DNA of 64,000 nt from Alphaproteobacteria bacterium (GTDB lineage: Bacteria > Pseudomonadota > Alphaproteobacteria > UBA7887): assembly GCA_965216755.1 (NCBI GenBank), contig CBDCGL010000011.1:4480001-4544000 (forward strand), written 5' to 3'. The notes under the pieces were generated by a model that saw nothing but the letters and a program-made list of their open reading frames with translations, did no database searches and was not told the DNA's origin. The position numbers were made by a program, and so were the translations under genes. This document shows positions 9,566-18,523 of this stretch, piece after piece. Position 1 is the first letter of the stretch. Each line of letters begins with the position of its first letter.

Positions 9566-10615
9566 ATGACAGCCAGAAAGTCGTTTCTTTCAGATCTATT
9601 CGCCGGCGTTGTTGCGTCTATGGTTGCGATCTCCGCGGTCGCCGTAGCCGACGACTATGCCGATTATCGCGAACAGCTCGAAGCAATTCCGGCGTTGCCG
9701 CCGATCCCGGCCGACAACTCGATCACCGACGATCGATTGAAGCTAGGTCAGATGCTCTATTGGGACCGGAGGACGTCGAAGACTGGACAAACCAGCTGCG
9801 CCTTTTGCCATCACCCGGCCTATTACGGCGCGGAGCCAATGGATCGATCGCTGGGCGTGTTCGGCGAGGTTCATGCCGCCAACGCGCATACGGTCTTGAA
9901 CGCGGCATTTCATCCGGCGCAGTTCTTCAACGGATCGGCGCCGACATTGGAGGCTCAGGCCCTGGGCGCGATCAAGTCGCACGTGGCGTCGCGCAGTTGG
10001 CCTGAAGAGGTCGCGGCACGGCTCAACCGGATCCCCGGATATCGCGCACTTTCCGAGCAAGCCTATGGCGCGCCTCTGAGCGAGGAAATCATTGGCAAGG
10101 CGATCGCGACTTTTGTGCGGACATTGATCACGCCCGACTATCCGCTTGCCCGTTGGCTCAACGGCGACGAGGACGCCATGACCACGCAACAAAAGCGCGG
10201 CATGGCGCTGTTTGTGGATCACGGCTGCACCGGCTGCCACAGCGCGCCGTACTTCTCCAATTTCTCATATCAGAAATTCGAGATTGAGGGCGGCATGCAC
10301 CACCCGGGCCGCTACAAAGTCACCGAGGTGGACGACGACAAATATCGATTCAAGGTTCCGTCATTGCTGAATGTGGCGATGACGCCACCCTATACGCATG
10401 CCGGCGTGATCAAGGATTTACGGACAATGGTTCGCGTGATGGGTCAAAAAATGCTTGCGATCGAATTACCCGATGACGAGGTTGCCGACATCGTCGCGTT
10501 CCTCCATGCACTCACCGGCAAAATGCCCGCGCATTTCATGACCGTCCCGGTCATTCCAATCGGTGGCGGTGAAGGCGATTTTGGGCCCAACCTGACTCCA
10601 TCGACGAAGGAGTAG
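9566..10615 (+). CDS. diheme cytochrome c peroxidase / MauG family protein (atypical)
   Basis: Signal peptide, CAFCH and CTGCH heme motifs, TVLNA, and FKVPSLLNVAMTPPY. Preceded by RBS AGGAGG. Confidence 0.88.
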   Translation: MTARKSFLSDLFAGVVASMVAISAVAVADDYADYREQLEAIPALPPIPADNSITDDRLKLGQMLYWDRRTSKTGQTSCAFCHHPAYYGAEPMDRSLGVFGEVHAANAHTVLNAAFHPAQFFNGSAPTLEAQALGAIKSHVASRSWPEEVAARLNRIPGYRALSEQAYGAPLSEEIIGKAIATFVRTLITPDYPLARWLNGDEDAMTTQQKRGMALFVDHGCTGCHSAPYFSNFSYQKFEIEGGMHHPGRYKVTEVDDDKYRFKVPSLLNVAMTPPYTHAGVIKDLRTMVRVMGQKMLAIELPDDEVADIVAFLHALTGKMPAHFMTVPVIPIGGGEGDFGPNLTPSTKE

Positions 10616-10653
10616 GTCGCGCGCCACGTGCGATCAGCCGGCTGGACGCTTTA

Positions 10654-11487
10654 GGGCTTGTTGAGAATTAGGATTCCCATGGTGTTGTATTTGTGATTCA
10701 AGCTTCCTTTTGGGGGCTTTGATGACGCGTACAGTACTTTCAGACGATCAATGGGCCAAGATGGAGCCGCATTGCTTAGGCAAGCGGACTGATCCGGGCC
10801 GCAGTGGTGATAACAACCGGTTGTTTGTCGAAGGGGTTTTGTGGAAGGCGCGGACGGGCAGTCCTTGGCGCGATCTTCCTGAAGAATTCGGCAAGTGGAA
10901 CACGGTATTCAAGCGGTTTGACGATTGGTCGAAGGCGGGCGTTTTCGAACGTCTCTTTGCCGCGGTCTCGGATGACCCTGATATGGAATATGCCATGATC
11001 GACGCCACCATTGTTCCGGTCCACCGCCACGGACACGGCGCAAAAGGGGGACTCAAAATCAAGCCATCGGCAAGTCGAAGGGAGGCTGGACCACCAAAAT
11101 CCTTGCGCTGACGGATGGCTTGGGAAATCTCGTACGCTTTGTCCTGCTGGCGGGAAACCGTTACGATACGGTCGGTGTTGCGCCGCTAATCGAAGACATC
11201 GAATTCGACGCAGTGCTGGCCGATAAAGCATTCGATTCCAACTGGATCATCGAAGAGATGAATGAACGCGGGGCGCAGATCGTCATTTCGCAACGCCCCC
11301 AGAGGTTGGCCCCTCTCAAGATTGATCTGGAGATCTACAAGTGGCGCCACCTGATCGAAAACTTCTTTGCGAAGCTCAAGGAATTCAAAGCGGTCGCCAT
11401 GCGTTGCGAAAAGACAGATCGTAACTTTTGTTCCATGATTCACGCATGCGCCGCGGTCATCAATTCTCGATGAATCTCAACAAGCCC
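10654..11487 (+). mobile_element. IS5-family insertion sequence (IS427-group-like), 834 bp
   Basis: Perfect 13-bp terminal inverted repeats GGGCTTGTTGAGA (10654-10666) and TCTCAACAAGCCC (11475-11487), flanking TA duplication, and a two-ORF transposase. Confidence 0.93.
10722..11473 (+). CDS. IS5-family transposase in two frames (orfA 10722-11111; orfB ends 11473), probably joined by a programmed -1 frameshift
   Basis: orfA: TGSPWRDLPEEFGKWNTV and IDAT. orfB: LADKAFDS and YKWRHLIENFF. Slippery AAAAGGGGG at 11042-11050. Confidence 0.88.
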
Positions 11488-11963
11488 TAGTTTGAGCCCC
11501 AGCCGGCGCGGCTCGCGCGCTTTTCCAAATATTGCTGGTGATAGTCCTCGGCAGGATAGAAATCACCAACCGGCGCAATCGCCGTGACTATCGGACGGCC
11601 AAATCGACCGGACTTGTCGGCGGCGTCCTTTGACGTGGTCGCTGCCCGCGCTTGCGCATCGTCGTGGGTGAGAATTATGGAGCGATATTGGGTGCCCATG
11701 TCCGGGCCCTGGCGGTTCAATGTGGTCGGGTCGTGGACGGCCCAAAACACATCCAACAATTGCTCAAAAGTCACACGCGAGGGATCGAACTCCAACTGCA
11801 CGACTTCGGCATGCCCAGTATCACCCGTACACACATCCTCATATGTTGGGTTGACCATCGTGCCACCGGCATAGCCGACGACAGTGGCAGTGACGCCATC
11901 GACTTGGCGGAATGCGGCTTCAACGCCCCAAAAACATCCCGCTCCGAATGTGGCTTTTGCCAT
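11487..11963 (-). CDS. msrA: peptide-methionine (S)-S-oxide reductase
   Basis: GCFWG active site, TGHAE, RQGPDMGTQYRS, and AEDYHQQYL. Confidence 0.97.
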   Translation of the reverse strand: MAKATFGAGCFWGVEAAFRQVDGVTATVVGYAGGTMVNPTYEDVCTGDTGHAEVVQLEFDPSRVTFEQLLDVFWAVHDPTTLNRQGPDMGTQYRSIILTHDDAQARAATTSKDAADKSGRFGRPIVTAIAPVGDFYPAEDYHQQYLEKRASRAGWGSN

Positions 11964-12096
11964 TCTTGGCCTCCAATTGCCATGTGCTTAGCCATGTGGG
12001 CTCGACGCACGAACATTAAAGGGGCAGTCTTGCGCCGAAACCAGCTGTTGCAAGACTACCACAATAATTCGAAGGGTTTTGTGGTAATCATGCAAC

Positions 12097-12129
12097 GAAA
12101 AGGCCCACATCGTGGTCTTGATGCGGGCC
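12097..12129 (-). terminator. probable intrinsic terminator of the gluconolactonase gene
   Basis: Minus strand GGCCCGCATC-N8-GATGTGGGCC followed by TTTT, about 30 bp after the stop. Confidence 0.65.
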
Positions 12130-12158
12130 CGTTTCGTCACTGAGTTTTTCAGGTGGCG

Positions 12159-13298
12159 TCAGGTGATATGCGCCCCTTTGGTCTCCACGAACACGGCATA
12201 AAGAGATTGGCTGCCGGTCATGAACAGGCGGTTTCGTTTGGTGCCACCGAAGCAGACATTCGAACAGATTTCCGGCAAACGAATTTGACCGATTCGATCG
12301 CCGTTGGGCGCGAAGATGTGAACGCCGTCATAGCCGTCGCCGACCCAGCCGGCGCTGGCCCACACATTGCCATCTTCATCGCAGCGAATGCCATCCGCAA
12401 AGCCGCCTTTGCCGTCAAGTTCCATGCTGGCAAAGGTCGACGGGTTGCTTAGCGTTGCGCCGTCGACGTCGTAGCCCCAAATGATTTTTTGGGCGTCCGG
12501 ATAGTGAGACGCGCCAGTGTCGGCCACGTATAGCCGCTTGTAATCGTTCGAGAAACAGAGGCCATTCGGTTTGAACGGCTGGTCGGCCACCTTGGTGATC
12601 GCGCCGGACTGGGCGTCGATCCGATAGACGGCCTCTTTCTGGAACGGTTGCGGCGAACCCGTGTTAAACCGATTGCCTTCGTAGTTCATAAGGCTGCCGT
12701 AACCGGGATCGGTAAACCAAATCGAGCCGTCGTCGGGATGGACCACGGCATCATTTGGTGCGTTAAATTCCTTGCCGTCGAAGGAATCCGCCAACACGGT
12801 TTGGGTGCCGTCATATTCATATCGCACGACCCGGCGATTGCCGTGTTCGCACGCAATTTGGCGGCCGCTGAAGTCAAACGTATTGCCGTTACTGTTGCCA
12901 GACGGATAGCGGAACTGACGCGACACGTGGCCGTCTTCTTCAATCCAGCGCAACTGTTCGTTGCTTGGGATATCGCTCCACAACAGATAACGGCCGACCC
13001 CATTCCATGCCGGACCCTCGGCCCAAAACGTGCCCCTATAGAGACGCAAGATCGGAGTATTGCCGAGTTTGTATTTGAACCGTGGATCCAGGCCAACGAC
13101 GTCTGGTTCCGGATACCGGACCGGCTCTGCGTCTGGACCAAAGTTACGCGCAAACGCATCCGGCGCCATCGCCGTAACCGCGGCGAGCGCCGTCGCGACG
13201 CCAAAAAAGTCGCGGCGGTTCATGGACCGTTTTTCGCGATCGGCGTCCGTTACCGGCTTGGCCAGATCGATGAATTTATGCTCCTGAACTCTTCGCAT
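12159..13298 (-). CDS. SMP-30/gluconolactonase family protein, Tat-exported
   Basis: AEGPAW, SDIP, SNGN, PND, PNGL and DGI propeller motifs. Twin-arginine NRRDFF signal; alternative start 13223. Confidence 0.92.
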   Translation of the reverse strand: MRRVQEHKFIDLAKPVTDADREKRSMNRRDFFGVATALAAVTAMAPDAFARNFGPDAEPVRYPEPDVVGLDPRFKYKLGNTPILRLYRGTFWAEGPAWNGVGRYLLWSDIPSNEQLRWIEEDGHVSRQFRYPSGNSNGNTFDFSGRQIACEHGNRRVVRYEYDGTQTVLADSFDGKEFNAPNDAVVHPDDGSIWFTDPGYGSLMNYEGNRFNTGSPQPFQKEAVYRIDAQSGAITKVADQPFKPNGLCFSNDYKRLYVADTGASHYPDAQKIIWGYDVDGATLSNPSTFASMELDGKGGFADGIRCDEDGNVWASAGWVGDGYDGVHIFAPNGDRIGQIRLPEICSNVCFGGTKRNRLFMTGSQSLYAVFVETKGAHIT

Positions 13299-13542
13299 GA
13301 GTTTCCCCTCTCGGAGCTCGCATGCTCCTCCCTAGTGTGAGTGTGCGTCCGGTGAAGCCGGCGCAGACACATTCTGCCTCGGCTGCGACACATTTTCGAG
13401 CCCCAAAGGCGCCTAGACCGTTGGACCCATAAATTCTCGGCAACACTGACTGTGTCGGCAGCCCGCGACGTTGGCGCACTGTGCCAATTGTCAGGTCCGG
13501 GTCAAAGTGCGTTAGAATGCCGAACCATAAGGGGAGGAACGC

Positions 13543-14379
13543 ATGCCAAACATCTTATCCGAGGCGCGGGTCGCGGCCTATCGGCGCGACGGGTATGTAT
13601 TCCCGATACCGGTCATGTCGGTGGATGACGCCCTGACCTGCCGGCGCAAGCTGGAATCGATCGAGACTCCAGATGGTGGTTTGCCAGGCGCCGGCAATGT
13701 CAAGCCGCATCTGCTCTATACTTTTTTGGCAGATTTGGTGCGTGCGCCGACGGTGCTGGATGCGGTGGAAGACATCATCGGCCCGAACATTTTGTGCTGG
13801 GCATCGGGCTTTTTCACCAAGGAATGTGGCAGCAACGGTTTCGTGTCATGGCACCAGGACTCGACCTATTGGGGGCTCAGCGACCCCGATGTCGTGACGG
13901 CGTGGATCGCCCTAAGTCCGTCGACGCCCGAGTCCGGTTGTATGCGCGTGATGCCTGGTACGCATGCCCAAGACCAGATCGCGCACATCGATACCCATGC
14001 GACGACAAACATGCTTTCGCGCGGTCAAGAAATCGCAGTCGACGTGGATGAATCGCAAGCTATCGATATTGTGCTCGCGCCCGGCGAGATGTCGTTGCAT
14101 CACGTGCGTCTTTATCATGGCTCGCAGATTAACCGGTCGGCCGATCGACGCATCGGTTACGCGGTGCGATACATCCCGCCCCACATACGCCAAATCAATG
14201 GACCGGCGGATTCGGCAACTCTGGTGCGCGGCGTCGATCGGTATAACAATTTCGAACACGAGCCGCGGCCGCCATCGGATATGCACGCCGATGCGGTGGC
14301 TTGGCATAGGCGCGCCGTCGATTTGCACGGACAGCTCCTGTTCCAAGACAGCGCGCAGCGACCTCAACGTTACCAATAG
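13543..14379 (+). CDS. phytanoyl-CoA dioxygenase (PhyH) family Fe(II)/2-oxoglutarate dioxygenase
   Basis: SWHQDSTYW (HxD), VMPGTH, distal His in LYHGS, and RRIG. Preceded by RBS GGGGAGG. Confidence 0.9.
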   Translation: MPNILSEARVAAYRRDGYVFPIPVMSVDDALTCRRKLESIETPDGGLPGAGNVKPHLLYTFLADLVRAPTVLDAVEDIIGPNILCWASGFFTKECGSNGFVSWHQDSTYWGLSDPDVVTAWIALSPSTPESGCMRVMPGTHAQDQIAHIDTHATTNMLSRGQEIAVDVDESQAIDIVLAPGEMSLHHVRLYHGSQINRSADRRIGYAVRYIPPHIRQINGPADSATLVRGVDRYNNFEHEPRPPSDMHADAVAWHRRAVDLHGQLLFQDSAQRPQRYQ

Positions 14380-14418
14380 TGGCGATTGGCGCCGCAAACT
14401 GAATTTGGAGGAGCCCCG

Positions 14419-15453
14419 ATGACACGACCAGCGCGCCCATGTCTTGTGCTTGCCGTCGGTTGGCTGTTGGCGGCCTTGGCGCCGGTGACGAGCGCCTGGG
14501 CACAAGCCGACCATCAATGGAAAATGCAATCGCTTTGGCAAGCCGGGTCGATCAACCAGACCGTGTTCGAGGATTTCTGTACACGGGTCGGCGAGATCAC
14601 TGGCGGCCGTTTGATCATAGAACCTCTGCCGGTGGGGACGATCGTAGCCTACAACGAGACACTCGATGCGGTCGCAGCGGGCATCCTTGATGCGCAACAT
14701 GGCGGATCGGGCTATTTCGCCGGCAAGGATCCGGCTTTCGCGATTTTGGGCGACCTGAACGGCGGCTATGAGGACGTGCGTCAGCTGCAGATGTGGTTTG
14801 AATATGGCGGTGGTAAGGAGCTGGCCCGCGAGCTGTTTGCGCAATACGGCCTGTACTATGTTGGCGGTGTGTCGTGGGGCGCGGAATCGATTCCATCGAA
14901 GTTGCCCATCCGTTCGATCACCGATTTCAAGGGTGTCAAGATTCGTGCACCGGAAGGTATGAGCCAAGAGATCTTCGAGCTCATCGGCGCGTCGCCGGTC
15001 AACATTCCCGGTAGCGAGGTTTACACGGCTCTGGATCGCGGTGTGATCGATGCCGCCGACTGGGGGACGCTGGGCATGAACGACGACCTTGGCTATCACG
15101 AGATCGCGCCATACCCCCTCTATCCGGGTTTTCATTCGGCGCCGATGGCCGACGTTGCCGTCAACATGGCCAGATGGGAGGCGTTGCCCGATGACCTCAA
15201 GGCCTTATTGGAACTGGCGGTGCGTGATTTTTCGCGCGACATGGTCGAGCAGATCAGGCTGCAAGATTCAACCGTTGCCGCCAGCGCCGTTGCCAATGGT
15301 GTCGAACTGATCAATTGGTCGTCTGAGGATCGACGCGCGTTTCGAGAAATCGCGGCAGGGGTCTGGGCGGAATATGCGGCGCGAAGTCCCATGGCCCAAC
15401 GCATTTATGAGTCCCACATGGCGTTTTTGAGGCGACTCGGATTGTTGGACTGA
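14419..15453 (+). CDS. dctP: TRAP transporter substrate-binding protein (copy 1)
   Basis: Signal peptide, WKMQS, DAVAAGILD, conserved Arg in GVKIRAP, and EVYTALDRGVIDA. Confidence 0.92.
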   Translation: MTRPARPCLVLAVGWLLAALAPVTSAWAQADHQWKMQSLWQAGSINQTVFEDFCTRVGEITGGRLIIEPLPVGTIVAYNETLDAVAAGILDAQHGGSGYFAGKDPAFAILGDLNGGYEDVRQLQMWFEYGGGKELARELFAQYGLYYVGGVSWGAESIPSKLPIRSITDFKGVKIRAPEGMSQEIFELIGASPVNIPGSEVYTALDRGVIDAADWGTLGMNDDLGYHEIAPYPLYPGFHSAPMADVAVNMARWEALPDDLKALLELAVRDFSRDMVEQIRLQDSTVAASAVANGVELINWSSEDRRAFREIAAGVWAEYAARSPMAQRIYESHMAFLRRLGLLD

Positions 15454-15499
15454 ACGGCGCCGTGGCATGACGGCATTGCGGGTTGGTGGGAGGCGGATC

Positions 15500-16534
15500 A
15501 TGAGCCGAGGACACGTAACGTGTGGCACAACGGTTTTGGCATTGATCTCTGCAATGCTATGTGCCGTTCCAGTTCGGGCCGCGGACCATAGCTGGACTTT
15601 TCAAGCCGCGACCTCGGCGGGTGAAATTGCCTTTGAGATTATGGAGGATTTCACCGAGTCGATTGGCCCGCTTACGAACGGTCGCGTCGAAGTTCGGTTG
15701 ATGCCGGTGGGCGCGATCGTCCAGTATAGTGAGACCCTTGACGCGGTCGCCGCCGGCGTGCTGGATGGCCATGTCACGGCATCGGTGTATTTTTCTGGCA
15801 AAGATCCAGCCTTCGCCTTGCTTGGCGATTTGATTGGAGCTTACAACCACCCGAACGAAATGCTGCTGTTTTTGCATCGCGGTAGCGGCGATGCCTTGTT
15901 ACGGCAACTGTATGGGCAATATGGTTTGCACTATATCGGCGGCGCGACCACAGGTAAGGAGGCGTTTGTCTCGACGATCCCGATCCGCGGCGTCGCCGAT
16001 TTCGCCGGCGTCAAAGTACGCGCGCCAGAGGGCATGGCCCAGGACATCTTCGAGGAAATCGGCGCGGCGCCTGTGAACCTGCCGGCGGCGGAAGTCTTTA
16101 CCGCGGTCGAGCGCGGCGTCGTTGACGCCGCTGACTGGGCGACATTTTCCATGAATCATCAACTCGGCTTTCATAAGATCGCCCGCTATCCGATCTACCC
16201 AGGCATTCATTCGATGCCTGTTATCGATGTCTCCGTCAACCAATCACGTTGGGCGGCGTTGACACCGGATTTGCAGGCGATCCTAGCCGTGGCCGTACGG
16301 GATTTCGCGCGCGACATTGTCCAACGGCTGGAATTGCAGGATGTAAGCGATGTCGCGGACGCCCAGGCCGACGGCGCTGAGGTGATCGATTGGTCGGACC
16401 AGGAACGGCAGAAGCTGCGTGACGTCGCGGTCGGCGTGTGGGCCGACTGGTCCGCGCGCAGTGACCTGGCCAAGGATGCTTATGACGCGCAGACGTCATT
16501 TCTGAAGCGGATTGGTCTGATCAGTGGTCCGTGA
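15500..16534 (+). CDS. dctP: TRAP transporter substrate-binding protein (copy 2)
   Basis: Signal peptide, DAVAAGVLD, GVKVRAP, and EVFTAVERGVVDA. Clear paralogue of the preceding gene. Confidence 0.92.
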   Translation: MSRGHVTCGTTVLALISAMLCAVPVRAADHSWTFQAATSAGEIAFEIMEDFTESIGPLTNGRVEVRLMPVGAIVQYSETLDAVAAGVLDGHVTASVYFSGKDPAFALLGDLIGAYNHPNEMLLFLHRGSGDALLRQLYGQYGLHYIGGATTGKEAFVSTIPIRGVADFAGVKVRAPEGMAQDIFEEIGAAPVNLPAAEVFTAVERGVVDAADWATFSMNHQLGFHKIARYPIYPGIHSMPVIDVSVNQSRWAALTPDLQAILAVAVRDFARDIVQRLELQDVSDVADAQADGAEVIDWSDQERQKLRDVAVGVWADWSARSDLAKDAYDAQTSFLKRIGLISGP

Positions 16535-16576
16535 GCGGCCGCAGCGCAGATGCGCGATTGACCTGCGGAGCACGCC

Positions 16577-17062
16577 TTGATCGGCCGTGTCTGCAAATGG
16601 GTCGGTGAGACTTGCAGCTACATTTTCTTTATTTGTATGCTGATAATTGCCTACGAAGTAGTCATGCGTTACGTGTTGAACGCGCCGACGGTTTGGGCGC
16701 ACGACTTGATCACGGCGTTGTGCGCGGTCGGCTTTCTCATTAGCGGTGTCTACACGCTTTATCGGCGCGCGCACATTCGCATTTCGATCATCTATGAGAA
16801 GTTGCCAAGACGCGTGCAGCGTTGGCTCGATGTTTTCAACGGCGTCATCACGCTGACATTTCTAGGCTTGCTCGGCTACCAGTCGACGTTTAGTGCGGCC
16901 AAATCGATCCGCATCATGGAAACCGCCGGTACGGCGTCGCAATTGCCGCTGCCGCCGATCATCAAGACGGCCATGGTGGTCGCGTGTGTGCTGATGTTTG
17001 CGTTGGCGTTGGTGCATACCTGGCGGGCGCTGCAGGCTCTGCGCGGCCACGAGCCGTTGTAG
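16577..17062 (+). CDS. dctQ: TRAP small permease
   Basis: YEVVMRYVLNAPTVWA, HIRI, four TM helices, and position between dctP and dctM. Confidence 0.9.
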   Translation: MIGRVCKWVGETCSYIFFICMLIIAYEVVMRYVLNAPTVWAHDLITALCAVGFLISGVYTLYRRAHIRISIIYEKLPRRVQRWLDVFNGVITLTFLGLLGYQSTFSAAKSIRIMETAGTASQLPLPPIIKTAMVVACVLMFALALVHTWRALQALRGHEPL

Positions 17063-17076
17063 GCTGTCAACGGGCC

Positions 17077-18390
17077 ATGGGCATCGAACTGATCACGCTG
17101 TTGATGGTTGGCGCGATCGCCTTGTTGTTGGCGATGGGGCTGCCGCTGGCGTTTGTCACCGGTTTTGTCGCGCTCGCCTTCGCCATCGGCAATTTTGGCA
17201 TGCCGGGCTTGTTCTTGATCGAAAGCCGAATCTTCAGCTTTGTTCGCGAATTTGTGCTGGTCGCGGTGCCGATGTTCATCTTGATGGCGTCTGTCTTGGA
17301 ACGTTCGGGCGTCGCTCGTGATCTATATCGGGCCATGCATATCTGGTCGGGCGGGCTGCGCGGCGGTTTGGCCATCCAAACCATGATTGTCGCCGTTCTG
17401 ATGGCCGCCATGACCGGGATCATCGGCGGTGAGATCATCCTGCTTGGCCTGGTCGCGCTGCCGCAGATGCTCCGTCTGCAATACGATCGTAGCTTGGCGA
17501 TCGGTACGATTTGCGCCGGTGGCTCATTGGGCACCATGATCCCGCCCAGCATCGTACTGATCATTTATGGTCTGACCGCCGGCGTCGACATCGGGGCGCT
17601 GTTTGTGGCGACCATTGTTCCGGGCGTCCTATTGGCAAGCATTTACATCGGCTACATCATCATCCGCTGTCAGCTCAATCCCGCGTTGGGGCCACCGGCG
17701 CCGCCAGAGGAACGCAATTTGCCGCGCGCGGAGAAATTCAAACTGATTGGCGGCTTGGTCTTACCGTTGGCCGTTGCGGCAGGCGTTCTGGGGTCGATCT
17801 ATCTGGGTATTGCATCGGTCAGCGAGGCGGCGGGCATGGGCGCCGTGGGCGCGATCTTGTCGGCGGCCGTCCGCCGCGAGTTGACGTGGCCCATGCTGCG
17901 TGACGCGCTGTATCAGACCATGAATACCTGTGGCATGCTGCTTTGGATCACATTTGGCGCGACTGCCTTGATCGGAGTCTACAACCTACTGGGCGGCAAT
18001 GTTTTCGTTAAGGATCTGATTACGGGTCTGCCGCTTGGACCGCTCGGCATTGTGGTTGTCATGATGGCGATTCTGATCGTGCTTGGCCTGTTCATGGATT
18101 GGATCGGCATCTGCCTATTAACCATGCCGATCTTTGTGCCGGTAATCGTGGCGCTTGGCTACGACCCCATTTGGTTTGGCATTCTTTTTTGTATGAATAT
18201 GCAAATCAGCTACTTAACGCCGCCGTTCGGTCCCGCGGCGTTCTACTTACGGGGCGTTGCGCCCGACGGCATTGAGCTAGGTGATATTTTTCGCGCCATG
18301 TGGCCTTTTATCGGCTTGCAGGCCATAGGCTTGGCGCTGGTGCTGTTTTTCCCGGCCTTGGCGCTTTGGCTGCCGTCACTCATCCGTTAG
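17077..18390 (+). CDS. dctM: TRAP large permease
   Basis: AVPMFILM, GGSLGTMIPPSIV, YDPIWFG, and YLTPPFG. Confidence 0.95.
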   Translation: MGIELITLLMVGAIALLLAMGLPLAFVTGFVALAFAIGNFGMPGLFLIESRIFSFVREFVLVAVPMFILMASVLERSGVARDLYRAMHIWSGGLRGGLAIQTMIVAVLMAAMTGIIGGEIILLGLVALPQMLRLQYDRSLAIGTICAGGSLGTMIPPSIVLIIYGLTAGVDIGALFVATIVPGVLLASIYIGYIIIRCQLNPALGPPAPPEERNLPRAEKFKLIGGLVLPLAVAAGVLGSIYLGIASVSEAAGMGAVGAILSAAVRRELTWPMLRDALYQTMNTCGMLLWITFGATALIGVYNLLGGNVFVKDLITGLPLGPLGIVVVMMAILIVLGLFMDWIGICLLTMPIFVPVIVALGYDPIWFGILFCMNMQISYLTPPFGPAAFYLRGVAPDGIELGDIFRAMWPFIGLQAIGLALVLFFPALALWLPSLIR

Positions 18391-18523
18391 CCACGTCTTT
18401 TCGCGCATTCTTTTTTGTTCGGCGTCGCGATCGACCCTAGATCTATTTAAGCACCGCCATCTTGGCAAACCGTAGCCGCACGAACGCGCCGCGTCGGGAT
18501 TCAAAGATAGATATTGCCGCGAC

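Noticed and set aside
13912-15135. 407-aa minus-strand ORF
   Set aside because: Overlaps the clear PhyH and dctP genes in antisense; long shadow ORFs are expected in GC-rich DNA.
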